This document shows positions 1 through 14,500 of a stretch of DNA of 64,000 bases, piece by piece; the stretch's first letter is position 1; every line of letters starts with the position of its first letter. The position numbers were made by a program, and so were the translations under genes. Location: assembly GCF_008831285.2 (NCBI RefSeq), contig NC_045138.2, forward strand, positions 24,552,001 through 24,616,000, written 5' to 3'. Below the pieces are notes generated by a model. It was not told the origin of the DNA. It did no database searches and worked only from the letters and a program-made list of their open reading frames with translations. This DNA comes from Nymphaea colorata (taxonomy: Eukaryota).

Positions 1-613
1 CTATTTAAAATTCTACGGTGGCCTTATTATGGGTTCACGTGGAGTCACTATTGTCGCAATTGATCATTAATTGCCAGATCAGGAATAACAAACATCTTCA
101 GTTATCATGCCCTTGGCATACTCGGGGCGTTCGGACGATTACTGGGTCACGATACTTGAAAGAGTGAAAACAAGATTAACATTTTTTTTATCCTTTCATA
201 ACGATGGTTGGCATCTTAGTCTCCCCTTAGCTACTTGCATATTATCTAGGTTTGCATGTGTTTCTTGATTCTTGGAGTAGAGATTTTGGGGCACGATATT
301 CTTTGTTGCAGCACGGTGGGTGGATTAGGAAAGCGATCGTTTGCGCTTGATGGAGATCAGTCTTGTATGAACAGTAGGAACCTTGCTGCCGCCGGTAATT
401 ATTACGTTAAGCTAGCTACTGTTAGATCTGGTATGGAGTTGGTAAATCTATTCATTTGCGTAGAAGATGAATTGCTTTCTCATGTATGAACAAGTTAAGG
501 TCAAGCACGGATTCCATTTCATCGTTCATCTTTGATGGGGAAATACGTCATAGTAAAATGACCTTCATGGGATTTCCATGGAACGCCGTTCCTGCTAGCC
601 TTTATTAATCAAA

Positions 614-780
614 TCTCTCTCTCTCTCTCTCTCACCCACACACCCACACACCCACACCCACACCCACACACCCACACACACCCCCACACCCACACCCACA
701 CCCACACACACCCACACACACCCACACTCGCCCCACCCACACACCCACACACACACGCGCCCCACCCACACACATACATA
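614..780. repeat. (CT)n followed by a degenerate CA/CAC-rich low-complexity tract
   Basis: Directly visible; explains the spurious CVWV-rich ORFs 595..882 and 609..824. Confidence 0.9.
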
Positions 781-984
781 GGGACAAAAATATGGGACGG
801 AAGATGTATTTGTGTCTGTACCAAGAAAATCAGAATTGAGTTGGATTACTAGGTTCCTCTTCATAGTGCAGGACCGTAACATGTATTAGTTTTTGGGTAA
901 GTGAGTGCCATCTTACCAAACAGTTACATATGCTTGGCTGTCTTTTCTAGAATCTAAGTTTTATTGTTTTTTGGTTGATAACAG

Positions 985-3900
985 GGTAATGTAGATGTTT
1001 CATCAATGAAAAGTGGATTTCTCATTCCAGAATTTCCTGAGATCCCCTCTGATTCTAAACATGGTAATAAAGTTGACTCATATAGATATTCCTTTTTCTT
1101 ACAATTTATTTTGTATTTTTTTCCTTCATGTGAAGGATGAACTGGTGAAGCTAGCGATTTGTTTACAGATTTAGATTTTTGTAAGCTCTTCCAATGGTAG
1201 TGGATTTGTACTTATATTTGCCAAAGTGGAATTAATTTTCAGGGGAATCCCAGCATCCTTGGTCACTTCCATTTGAAGCTAGTCAACCTGGATTTAATCC
1301 ATTGTCTTCTGCAAACAACTTGGAGTTCCCAATTCTTAGAGGTAACAATGGAGTGGACAACTCCTTGTTGTCTCTGGAAAATAATGATGGAGCTTCTGAT
1401 GCACACATTGATCCAATGAATGAAGGAATACTGAATGGAACATTAGACACTGATGGGAAACATGTAGACTCTCTTGTGTCTTTGGATAGCTTTGGTGGGT
1501 TTGCTGATGCATACACTGATCAAATATGTGATGAGGATATGCTGAATAAACCCCAGCAGGTGGATTTGAAGCCTCTAGTCAACCATGATGCTGGAAATTC
1601 CTACTCTGATTGGTTATCTCTCTCTCCTTTTGAGCAAGGCATGTTTGTTAAAAGTACAATAGAGACACCTGTTCTTCCTGGTCCAACTCAAGGTGTTGAT
1701 AATCGTTGGGCAAATGAGTTGCTAGGTCATGTTGGTAGTTCCAATTTGGATGTAGAAGACATAGACTTATTGTCGGATTCTGCTTGTGTCGTGGACCTTA
1801 CTCTTTCAGATAGTGATGATGAGGTTTTGTTGGAAAATATGAAAAATGGGTTGCCATTCCACATGGGGGCTGAACAAGTTGCCGGAGGCATGACTTGCAA
1901 TTTGATTTCTCAAGATTTTCAGCACAATAGATGTATGGATGGTGAAATTTCTTACATAATAACACTTTTTTTTGTTTTGTTTTGGCTTCCTCATTTCATT
2001 TGATACATTATGGGATGTGTTTAATCAACTGCAGGTTCACCCACTGAACATCAATCCATTTCCATGAAGAAAGAATCTGTGTTTTTCAATAGTGAAAATG
2101 TAAGTGCAGGAATTCATCATTAACCCATTTTTTCTTATTAAGCAAAGAAGTGTTTGGAAGAAATTTGTTGTGTCTATTTCAACGGTGAAGACCAATCTGG
2201 TGGTTATACATCACTTAGAAGAAACCTTTGCTAGTCTAACTCTGAATCTTTGCTAATCTGAATTCTAAAATTACGTTTCACCACTTAGCTATCATCATGA
2301 AGTTGAAGCACAAATCTGTTTAACTATATTGCAGGTTTCTTCTATGAGTAGACAAAAATCTAGTGCTGATGTGGTACCTTTTGTTCAAGAATCATCAGAA
2401 ATCTTTTCTGCTCATGCCTTTCAGAATCTTCAACTATCAAGCACTAGTAAGACTATCTCATAAGTTCATAGATAAAATGGTTTTCAGCATGTTAACTTTC
2501 ACACTATCATTCAGTTCTTTTGACAACTGAATCATACAGATTTTCCTGGAAGCTTTTCAAATGATGCTGATGTCTATATTGTTGAAGATATAAGTGTTCG
2601 AGGACATCCACCTCTCATGACTATGCAGAACAAGGTCCCTACCTCTTCACAACCTCCTATTTTTGGTGACTCATTCCATCGTGTTGGGCCTGGGGAGGAA
2701 AGAGGGAGAACATATGATGAAAGATTGACTTACAGGCTAGCTTTACAGGTATCCACAGCCTTCCTTTCTCACGCACACATGATAATTTTATTAGGTTGGC
2801 AATGCTGTTGTAGAAATCTTAAGTTATGTTTTCTTTTGAAGGTGTATCATCATAATATTTCTACGAGTACTCTGGATATTTGTCCTGTGTTCTGTTGGGA
2901 TCATCGTGTGCTGATATCCATGCACGTATATACATGTGAACATTTTATTTTGGCATTCAAAATCTTTTACATTTTGTGATACTGATCTTTCTTTTTGCGT
3001 CCTTTGGTGATCTTTATTCTGGAAACTGTAACTGTCGTATGCTTCAAATTGTTTATCTTCAATGTTATTGCTTAATGCTCACCTGATGTTATAATGCCAA
3101 ATTTTATTTGTTTGAACTTGTTGAATAGGATGTTACTTGCCATTCTTTGACTTGCAAAACGCAATTTGTCAACCTGGCAGTGCATGCTTCTGCTTCCAGG
3201 CTAGTGTTGGTTTCAATCTGTTGTTTTAGTTTAGCTAGTTATTGAGTTGCATTACTAGTTGGTTGAGGTATTCTTAATGAAACGAAAATAAAACCCTAAA
3301 AGGGGATTTAGCTCTCACTGTTTTGTACCTTTGTTCTGTTGCTTGGTTTCAGAATAATTTGGAACTCGCTTGAGCCTCTTCATGTTTAACTTAATCTGGA
3401 GATCTGGAGAGAATGATTTCTTGTTTATGGAATTGTCTGTCTTTCTGTGTCTAAGAACAGTAGTTTATAGCAGAACCTAACATTTATGTAATTATGTTTA
3501 TCCACCCTGTTGGCAACTAGTCACAAAGGCTACCCTCTTAATGCTACAAGTTGATTTATATCTCTGCCATCAGTTTCACCTCCTTGGTTGTAAAACTGGA
3601 TAAACTTTATATAAGTTGTTTAGGCTTGTTGCAGGATCTATCTCAGCCAAGAAAAGAAGTCAGCCCTCCAGATGGAGTTTTGGCAGTGCCCCTTTTGAGG
3701 CACCAGGTGAGTTATTAAATCTATACCATAGAAGGCCTTGCACTATGTTTTTTCTGCATAGTGTTGATTAAGTGATATAAATGTTTTCTAATACAGCGTA
3801 TCGCCTTGTCATGGATGTTGCAAAAAGAAACTGCTACTCTGCATTGTTCTGGTGGCATTCTTGCAGATGACCAGGTAAAATATTCTGTGGTGTGGGGTTC

Positions 3901-6900
3901 TCTTGACCTTCATATTTCACAGCCCTTAAGTTATGGGTTATGTATTTAGCTCTCTTTTCTTGTGGCCGGGCTTTTTGACAGGGACTTGGCAAAACGGTAT
4001 CAATGATTGCTCTCATACTAATGGAAAAGTCTCCATCTTTGAAGACAAGTTCTGAAAAAACGGTTGATGTTAAACCTGAGCCGCTTGATCTTGATGAAGA
4101 TGATGGAACTATGGGACCTGGGGAACTGAAGCAAACTGGAAATTCTGAGTGTAGCATAGGTACCAAATCTTTTGGAAGTGAAAGCACTACCTCAACATGT
4201 AAGAGGAGGCCTGCAGCTGGAACACTGGTCGTATGTCCAACTAGTGTCCTTCGGCAGTGGGCAGAAGAACTTCAAAATAAAGTTTCTGCTAAGGCTAAGC
4301 TTTCAGTTCTTGTTTACCATGGAAGCAATAGAACAAGAGATCCGGATGAGCTTGCCAAGTATGATGTGGTGCTGACCACATATTCAATTGTAAGCATGGA
4401 AGTTCCAAAACAACCACTTGTTGATCAAGATGATGAAAAAAGGAATGATGAATCCGAAGGATTGACTTCGGATTCTTTTAGTGGCAAAAAAAGGAAACAT
4501 TACCAGAATGATAAGAAGAACAGTAAGAAGAACAAGAAAGTAGCTGAAAATTCAGAGCCTTTTGCTCGTCCACTAGCAAGAGTTGGATGGTTTAGGGTAA
4601 TTCTTGATGAAGCTCAAAGCATAAAAAATCACAGAACTCAAGTTGCTCGAGCTTGTTGGGGTCTTCGAGCAAAAAGAAGATGGTGCTTGTCAGGGACGCC
4701 TATCCAGAATGCAATTGATGATCTGTATAGTTATTTTCGGTTCCTTAGATACGACCCATATGCTGTCTACAAGTCCTTTTGCACTACAATTAAGAACCCA
4801 ATTAGTAGGTCCCCAACTACTGGATACAAGAAGCTACAAGCGGTATTGCAAACAATTATGCTTCGTCGTACTAAAGGTGGGTTGTTGGTCTTATTGTGCA
4901 AATTTATTGCGTGTTTTTTATTTTCTCTTATTTCAATATGTTAATCTGTATGTGTTTTCTAAACATATAAATTCATTTTTTTCCTTTTCCTTTTAACATT
5001 CATTTGGTTGTGGCTATTTTTTTGTTTTCTTCCTGGCTATCCATGCATTTGATACTTTTTTAGCTAATGGAGCCGGCAAATCTCCTAACAAGCTAAGTAC
5101 TGAACAAATTTTTACATACGATCAGGTTTGGGAACTGATGCAAAGAACTGATGAATATCTTATTGTCAGAGGAATTCAGAATGTAAGCTAAGGGGGCCTT
5201 CATTGAAAGAGTTGGAAAAAATATAAAACATGTTTAGAGTCCTGGGATGCTGTACACTCTCTAAGACTGGCTCAGTTGCACCCATTCACTTGAATTATAA
5301 TGACCTCAGTAAATAGACAGTGGGTCATGGCCTGTTATAGTAGAGGACTTTGTGCATATAAGGTTGCCATTGTCAGAAGAATCATGACTTAGCATCATAG
5401 TGTGCTCCATATCTGCACAGGGTTGTATAAACTATAAAGGTAGGATGTCTAGTTGGGATTTAAAGTGTTTATCTATGGGTACCTACAGGTAGTAAAATTT
5501 TGGTCATTATCGTGATGACCTGGCAGAAATATTAGCAAATCAGAGGTATGAGTTTCATGTTGTCAACCTATGAATCTTCACTGTGACATCTAGATGTTAG
5601 ATGTATACCTGTCTGGCTGTCTCTAAGTAGATGGTGGTTCCACTCGTGTAGGCTGGTGCAGGACATAGATAAACCACCTAGAGCTAACTAACTTCAGAGT
5701 TCCAATGACCATTAAGGACATTTCTCCAAGATGGGCTCACAACATATAATAAGTCAATACTGACAAGAGTTATTGGCAAAGATCAAGGGGAAAAGGTTAA
5801 GACCTTGTATTCTATGATTGAGGAGATCATGGGAATAGATCCTATAACTGATACAAAAGCAGCACTTCATCCAAGATGTGGAAGTGCGCCTTGCATGTCT
5901 ACACTACTGACTTGAGAACAGGAGCCCTTCCATTACTGAAGGCTTGATTTCATGTGTTAATTAAAAAAAAATGCCTTGATCTGAACACTTAGGATAACTA
6001 GAGGAGTAGGGAAAACACATTAAATGATAAAATACTCTGTTCATTGAACCACATCCCCCTGGGTGGAACTTCGCTTTGGTTGGGACATTTGTTTTAGTCC
6101 GGATAAGTGATTTTATCTTAACATTTCTCATTAACATTATTGTAGCTCATTGACAAATGTGCACCCTGAAATGCATAGGGGCAGTTAAGTTTTGTTTGGG
6201 AGCAAATATTGGAACTAGTTTGTATTATATGCATGAGGATGTCTTGCATAATGTTATGACATTGCTGGTTAGAATTGTCTGAACTCTGAATGTTAGGATC
6301 TAGCAACTTCTAGTCCTTCAGACACAAAGGCAGACGTCAACTTTCTGCTATGCATGCATTTCTCGTTGTACTACCTGTGTTTGCATTCTGGTACTGGTGT
6401 CACTGACCTATAAGTGGTATGCTATATCTCTGATCCATCTTGTTTGATGTTGAAGTGATTCATCAGCTGCAGAATAAGAGCTGGTCCAAATGGGTGATTT
6501 TGGAAATTGGTTGTGTTACGTAACATGTCAATTTTGATGTCCCCTACTTGTTGATTCTCTATGTTGTTTTTTGACATGTTTGTGTACAGATGTGCTCCCT
6601 TATCTGGTTATATTGCAGCAATGTGTTTTCTGTTTCTGAGTGGCCTTATTATTATATATATCTAAATATTTGTTATTATATTGGTCTAGGAACAATTATT
6701 GACGGTGAACCTATTATTAAACTGCCTCCAAAGTCCATATCACTAAAGAAGGTGGATTTTTCAATGGACGAACGAGACTTTTATTCTAGGCTAGAGGCCG
6801 ACTCTCGTGAACAATTTAAGGTATTTCTTTTGTTTATTTTTGGTATATAAGGATAGGCTTTGAGATTATCTGTTAATTTGTTTTCATCTTCTTTTGCATG

Positions 6901-7805
6901 AATCATTGGAAGCTTACTAGAAGCTGCACTGCCAGTGATATCCTCTGCCTTGTCACTGATTATTCTTACTTAGTGAACCTTCTTGAGTTTATTATATTAG
7001 ATTATCTGAGATCGAACTCATCCAGTCTATGACTTGTGTATTATACATCATATGTCGGACCCGATCTAATACATGATGAATCACTTTCTCTTAATTTGAA
7101 TTAGCTGCCGCGTGTTCAGTGAATAGTCCTTACCATGAGTTTAGTGAAAATTCTAAGCTAGAGTAGTTCTTAACCTGCTATCTCTGTATAGTAAGTAACT
7201 ATTTTGGAGGTAAGTTCTGGGCTTGGTATGTGCTTTTTCCCTAGGAAATTATGAATCCTTGTTTTCCTGTATTATTGGAAGTTTTTTGAACTTCTGCTGA
7301 TTCTGTTTGTTCATTATGATATTTAAGATATTTAAACTTTTGTTTTTTTCTTCTGATGCTTGCTGGCTCATCCTGTACAATTGCTCTGTTTTTCATTTTA
7401 TTGTTTTGATCTAGAACCTCTTTTTTGATAGCTGTGTGATTCTCCTTTATTATACTTTCAGGTTTATGCTGATGCTGGGACAGTGAAACAAAATTATGTG
7501 AACATTTTATTAATGCTTTTGCGACTTCGACAAGCTTGCGATCATCCTAAACTTGTGAAAGGATTTGATTCTGCTGCTGTGCAGCGGTTTTCTCTAGAAT
7601 CTGCGAAAAAACTTCCTAGAGAAAAGCAGGAAGAACTGCTGAACAATTTGGAAGCTTGTTTGTCACTCTGTGGTATCTGCAATGTATGGATTTCCATCTG
7701 TTTTCTGTTCTTTGCCCAATTAAACCTTTCTTATTAAGTTCTAGGATGATCTTTGTTTTTTTCAGTGTCCATTTTTTTTTGTTTTTGTAAAATCTTATGG
7801 CACAG

Positions 7806-7855
<50 letters not shown>

Positions 7856-10595
7856 CTGTGGTGCAAACATGCTACTTCAGTTCTGATTTCCTAAATACTT
7901 TACACATGCTTCCTGTATACATGGATTATATATGGCTTATCTATTCGATAAGATTAAGGGATTGGTTTGTTGTTGTTTAGTTCTGAATTTGACTTGCATA
8001 TTTATCATGGAAGTAATGCCGTGTTATACTTTTCAAGATTCTCCTGACCAACAGGATGAACTCTGGCATAGATCTCCTTTTATTGTCAAAATTTTTTGGT
8101 ATCCATGCATAAACTGATGCATAAACTGATACATTCATGTCCTGTTGGTGATTCAGAGAATTGGTTTAATGAGGTCTGGACCTAACATAATATCATGCTT
8201 AAATGTTGAGGATGCGTTATTGAATAGATCGTAATTACTGGTATTTCCTTAAATTTGTACTTCTGTATCAAAAAGCAGTTTAGTTACTTAGGTCACTCTA
8301 GATTTGTTCCTCTTTTGCTGCTTTCTAATCTTAAGCACTTCTAGTGGCTTCTCTTCTCTTATTTCTTTTTTTTGGATAACTAAAAATGGTTTCAGGACCC
8401 GCCCGAAGATGCAGTTGTCACAATTTGTTCTCATGTTTTCTGCAATCAATGCATTTGCGAGAGACTCTCTGGTGATGAGAACATATGTCCTGCAGCTCAC
8501 TGCAAAAAACAGATTAATATCTCTTCAGTATTCTCAAGAAATACACTTAAAATTTCCCTCGATGAGAGTACTGAGCACAATATTTCTGCTATATCTGGTT
8601 GTGAACTTGTTAAGGCAGCTGAGAAGTCTACAGATTTTCCATCAATTGAATCATCAAAAATCAGAGCTGCCCTTGACATTTTGCAGACATTGCCAGAAGT
8701 GCCACAAGCAGACTCACGAAGCATCTCTGTAGGTCATACTTATGATTCTGTTACTGAAGGGTGTCATTCAGAACAAAACTCGAAGCCTCTCAGGGTAACA
8801 GAGAAAGCTATTGTCTTCTCTCAGTGGACTAGAATGCTGGACTTGCTTGAAGTTCCCCTGAAGAATTCGTCCATAAATTACAGAAGACTGGATGGGACTA
8901 TGTCAGTCCTTGCAAGGGACAAGGCTGTAAAGGATTTTAACTCCCTTCCTGAGGTTTGATAAAAGACTTTCATTTGTAAATAGTAATATATAGGCAGCAC
9001 GTGGCACTCTGTTTTACTAGATGTCTAATGGTTATTCCATTGAGGATGGATTAACATTTGACGCTCATCCATATAGGATCAATTAATGATCGATCCTTGT
9101 ATGGTTGGCAGGGACGTGGTTAATCTTCAGCCCTTGGTAAACCTATGTAGCCTTATCAAGACTAGTCGGTAGTTCTTCAAAGTTAAAACCATCTTTTGTT
9201 GCTGATTATCTTCATTTTTGTTTTGTTGGTCGAGATCCTACGTCAATTGATGAGCATCTTGGTCGAAGGCCTAGGTGGCCATTTCCATTAGGTGACTCAG
9301 ATTAATTTATGCATCCAACCATAGGTGGGACTTTACATACTCATTTGTGGTCCCTGATGCAGTTGTAAGCCTGCTGCCAGTCTCTGGCAGTGGCATGTTT
9401 CATACTACATGAATGTTATTGTCCTTATCCCTGCAGTAGTGGAACCTGGTTCTCATAGTTGTGTTTTGTGTAGGTATCGGTTATGATTATGTCATTGAAA
9501 GCTGCAAGCCTTGGTCTTAATATGGTAGCTGCCTGCCATGTTCTTCTTCTGGATCTGTGGTGGAATCCTACAACTGAAGATCAGGCTATTGACAGAGCAC
9601 ATAGAATTGGACAAACTCGTCCTGTTTCTGTTACTCGGCTGACGGTCAAGGACACAGTTGAGGACCGCATATTAGCGCTTCAGGTACTGAGAGAAAATCT
9701 TATGCTTAAAGTTGCCTTCATGTTTGTTCTTTCTTTGATATTAGTACTTTATGGTTGTCCCGAGCCCAGGATAATCTGGCTCTTACATTGTGAATATCTT
9801 ACCTTACGTGGGACTTTCATTTGATTTTCCCGTATTTCTGGATGAAAAGGCATCATCATTCATATAAAAAGGTTTCAAACTCAGATAAGCTCATTCATGC
9901 GTAGTTATGGGCAGGATTCGCCAGCCTCATTATGAGTCGTCTAAAAAATTTGAATATAATTATGGACAACTGAGAAATCTAGAACTATAAAAATTGGGAA
10001 ACGTTAAAAAATCACAAAAAAGGGGAAAATATATTAATTGCGTAATTTTCTTGATTTATTTTTTTTTTATTTTTCTCTTTCTTAACATTAATATCATCGT
10101 GGATCCAAATTCAAACTTAAACTAAATTATTTTTTATCATTTTTATCATCATTAAAACATCCTTTTTATCTAGTTTTATTTATGCTTTCCTATTAGTTTA
10201 TGATTTATTTCATTTTACCTTTGTGAATTGTTTTATTTTTTTTAAGTTTTCTGAATTTTCCCGAGATTTTTCCAAGAAAAACGATTTTGCTGAAAAATAC
10301 CCATGAAAAATATCTTCATTAAAAACCCAAGAATGATATTTTTGAGAATGTTTAAGAGATTGCAAAATGGGGTGTGACAAATCATAAATCTAGTTCAGTC
10401 ACATCACGCACATAAATATGTACATATGGAACATATATGGACATCCGCTGCTTACGGGTTGCCTGATTCTGTCGAATGATGTGTTCATAGGAGAAGAAAC
10501 GGGTGATGGTTGCAGCCGCATTTGGAGAAGATGAAAGAGGTGGTCGACAGACTCGGCTAACTGAGGATGATTTGAAGTATTTGTTTATGATTTGA
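985..10595 (+). CDS. SNF2-family RING-finger helicase-like protein (CHR27/CHR28(FRG)/EDA16-like), 5'-partial. Exons approx. 985-1063, 1243-1941, 2035-2099, 2335-2446, 2540-2748, 3635-3706, 3797-3874, 3982-4876, 6690-6820, 7462-7683, 8396-8953, 9474-9683, 10491-10595
   Basis: Spliced translation gives [13 protein letters not shown] (motif I), [25 protein letters not shown] (motif II), [21 protein letters not shown], a RING ([21 protein letters not shown]), [35 protein letters not shown] and C-terminal [13 protein letters not shown]. Introns are GT-AG. The start exon probably lies upstream of the window. Confidence 0.93.
7808..7851. repeat. Intronic (CT)n microsatellite
   Basis: Uninterrupted CT run inside a SNF2-gene intron. 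Confidence 0.95.
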
Positions 10596-11548
10596 AGATT
10601 TAGAGCCATTCTTTTCTGGTTCGTCGTACTTGTGGTTAACTTTCACATGCAGTGACATACGCCAGTCAAAGCAGTAGTGCAGTTTACCTTCTGATAAGAT
10701 GCCACCAACAGTACTGCATTGGTGGATGATTCAATTGATTTTGTTCGACTTCACAGTTTTGAGTTTGGTAACTGATGTAAAGCTCCTACAGGTGACAACT
10801 AACAGTAAATTTAGGCAAGTTAGGCAAAATTAGCATTCATTAACTAGGATTATCTGTGGATAGAGTTTGTAAATCTGCACAGTTTTAACAATGGAAAAAT
10901 CAGTGTCCAAAATGGGAACTTTAATAAAGTGTATTGGGAAATGGGAATGGCATTGCTTTGAAAATTTGCAGTCTCCTTGATGTATATGCTAAATCTATAG
11001 CTTATTTGTTCATAAAATGTCCATTATTTCCATGAAAGCTCTCCCAATGTATTTTATTTGATAATGCTCTAGAATCAACGATCGGGTTCTTTTGTTATAA
11101 ATCTCTCTTTTCGGAAGCTACACCCGAAGATGGGATTACTCCCCGAGTCCCTGTCATGGGCTTGAATAATGGGATAATCCATCAATCTGAAATCTGAGTT
11201 ATGCTTGGAGAAGTACTCTTGTTCATCTACGTAGCAACAGGATCCTTGAAAGGTGGTAGCTATGAAGGGTGCATGAGATATTCTCGGGAGATCTTTTACA
11301 GAGAACTGAAACCTTACAAAACTGCAATTTTATTGATCATTCTTTTTTTTTTTTTTTAACGAGATCGTGGCGTTGCTGAATTCTGTTTGTGCTTACATCT
11401 GCAAATGGCCTATCTGAAAGGAATCGAGACAAGGGGCCAGCTTGATAATACATTCTTGGGAATTATCCGAACATGCACTGGTGGACAACCGATTGGCAGC
11501 CCCAGACCAACCAAAAAAGCGTGTCGTCCTATCGTCTCCGTTTCAATT

Positions 11549-14500
11549 TCAGCAGTAACCCGTGCTATAAATCCTCTCGATGGTGCAACTCTCAAGGATC
11601 TGAATAAAGAACTCATTGTAGGTGCACCTAGGCGTCTTGAATTGGCCCAGCGACGCACCATCCTTCACAAAATGGTCAAGAATCTTCCTAAACGTGCCCT
11701 TCTTAACAATGCAGAGTTTAAGGGGGCCTATAGAGTGCGCCTTCCTGGACAAAACATAGCCATGATCCATAAAAGACTCATCCATTCTCTTGCAGCACTC
11801 GGCTAGGAGGCCTGTTTCTGCAGGAATCTGGCTCAGCTCCCAGTAAATGACGTAGCTTCCCGGCGTTGTCGAGAGGTTGGCCGTGCTGGTGAAGTCGATG
11901 AGCTCGACGCCCGACTCCACGAGGAGCCCGCACACCTTGGCCACCACCAGCTGAACATCCATCTCCGTGTTCTTGTCGATGTTGACTGTGAGGGTGAGCT
12001 TCCTTCTGCCCACGAACCTCAGTTTCGGGGAGCCATTGTGGAAACCTGATACCTGTACCACGTCCCCAAGCCTGTATCTGTAGAGTCCTGAGACACAGGG
12101 AAGAATAGAAACAGAAGGGGCAAAGAAAAAGATCAGGCCAAAGATCAAACAAGCAAAACCCACTAAAATAGGTGGATATTCATGCGGAAGAACACGAATT
12201 AATTCCGGGCGCAGGGATAGAGATAATAATGGAGGTATTATTAGCCGAGGACACCCCCAGCACAGCCATGTGCTATACTCTACCGATTAGTGGTGGCAGT
12301 AGTGGTAAAAGGCCCGCATCCTTTTCAGCGGTGAACTCGCCTCGACCTCAGAAGTCAGTACGACTATGCCACAGTGCCATCAAGATGGAAAATTCAATGG
12401 TGTCAGCCAGACTGCCGATTTGCGAATCAGTGGATGCAGTAATTCAGACGAATCAACAAAAAACATTATTGAAAATTTATAAGAAAAATAAATAATATAA
12501 AGGATTCAAAAATAATAAAAATAATCAAAAGGGAATAGTATATGAAACGTGACACCGTTATTTTGGCAAGCAAAACGAATATTTATTCGGCCAATTTGGC
12601 AAAGCTGCTCTATCATTCTCAGAACGAGATGAGTAGAACTATGACAAAACATAACACGGATGCGAATTCATAGAATGGTGTCTGTTTGAGGAAGACCAGA
12701 GTAGTTTCACATGAAAAACAGACGGGCTTCGTGAGAAGTAGCGTGAGCCCCATTTGGAAATCCGATCACGTGTTTTGGTTCAGTGCACAGATTCAGAAAG
12801 AAGAGTTCTTTCCCATGAAATTATTGAAAGTGGTTCCTAAGGATTAGCGTGATGAGGACCAACTATCAGCCTGCAAGAGAGTGAGAACTTAGGCGATCCT
12901 ACGAAAATCTCCGTTAACTTTTGGAAAAAAATTCAGGCGTTTATAATACAATACGATCTCGAAGATGCCTGCAGCCTCAATGCAGCCTCAATACTACAAT
13001 CTGAAACATCTAATACAAGGACCTAATCAATTTGCCAACTGAAAAACTGGCCTTACCAAGATTTCGAAGAGATCGTTTTCCTAAAGAAAAGAAGAAACCA
13101 AGATTGGGACCAGTTGGGAGCGTTGATTTTTGTTCTATTCAGCAGTCTATAAGGCTAGGTTGAATTAATGGATGCAGAACGCATAGGATGGGGCGGCCTA
13201 TACACTTAATTCACAGCCCCCACAAGCAGCTGTCATCCTCAGTAACTGACCCCACCAATCCATCGATCCCAACCAACCCTCCAGGAAGGACGTGGATGGA
13301 TCAAGAATGGCATCCACTTTGATTCCCTGCCAAGTGAGTCAGAAGGATTTCTACATAGCTGGAAAAATATATTCTAGCTTCAAAAGCTAAGCACTAGCGC
13401 ATCTAAAAGCAGATTTGGCTATGTCATACAACGTCTTTCGAGCTAAAGCCTTTGTCCAGATGAACTTACGTATAAGGAGACTTGCTGCTTTCCTACCATC
13501 AATCGGTTCTATCCTAATTTTTAACTTCAAATGGTAGACTCCCAAATGTCATAACATAGTCAATGCACATGGTCACCGACGGAATTTTCGTGAAAACCAG
13601 AGGAATCACTGTTGGGTTAGAGAGTAGAAGTATCACTGATGACAGTAGAATGACGTGGGCGAAAGACTCATGCAAGTGGGTGGGGCAACCGGACTTGTAT
13701 TCAAAAGTAAAGAGATCAGGACTGGGCTGATACCTAGGGTATTTAAAGGATTATAAATTCTTATGTATTAAACAATTTATGAAACTCCTTGAAATCGTGA
13801 TGCGATAATAATAGCCGCTGTTCCTGTGTCAGAATTATATGATCTGCACATCACGTCAATGCCACCCAACTTGGGGTTTGTTAATTTCTTCCCGCCTTTG
13901 ATAAGGGCCCTTCAGTCGCATGATGATGGAAAAGAAATTACAAACTTCTCAAGCAGAGATCGCTGGGAGGGAGGTGACCGCATTACTAATAAAAAAAGCA
14001 GAAGAAAACTAAACTTAACGAGCCACTTCCAATCTGAGAGTTGATCAAGAAACCTAAGCCAAGCAATTTCATAAGGAGCAAAAAAGTGAAGGACTTTCTT
14101 TTGGTTTCCAATCATGGTGAACGACGTCTGCGGGGAACTGCTGTTTCCCGACACTGAGAAAGGTTATGGCCTTTTATGTGGTGGCTGGTAAGTAACTAGT
14201 CCTAGGTACTCTTGTGAGATGGTTCATTTGGGACGGCCATGGGATCAAAAAAGGAAGGCAGATTTTGAATTGTGGGCCATGTCCTTCCTATATGCAGCAG
14301 TAATATTTTGCAGTATCTAAATCAAAGCGTGGAACTTGTGACTCTTCCTGTACCTGTGAAGGTGGTGACCACAACTTCATACTCTTCACCGACCTTTACT
14401 TGCGACAGCCTCACTGCCTGAGCCTCAATGAATTCATCATCCGCCACTGCAGAAGTGATCGGAGCGTCGCGACGATGGAGGGGCAGGAATTCAAAGTATG

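Noticed and set aside
595..882. Cys/Val/Trp-rich ORFs
   Set aside because: Translations of the CA-rich low-complexity tract.
2749..2760. GTATCC donor suggesting a U12-type intron
   Set aside because: The sequence is GTATCCAC, not the U12 consensus GTATCCTT; treated as an ordinary GT-AG intron.
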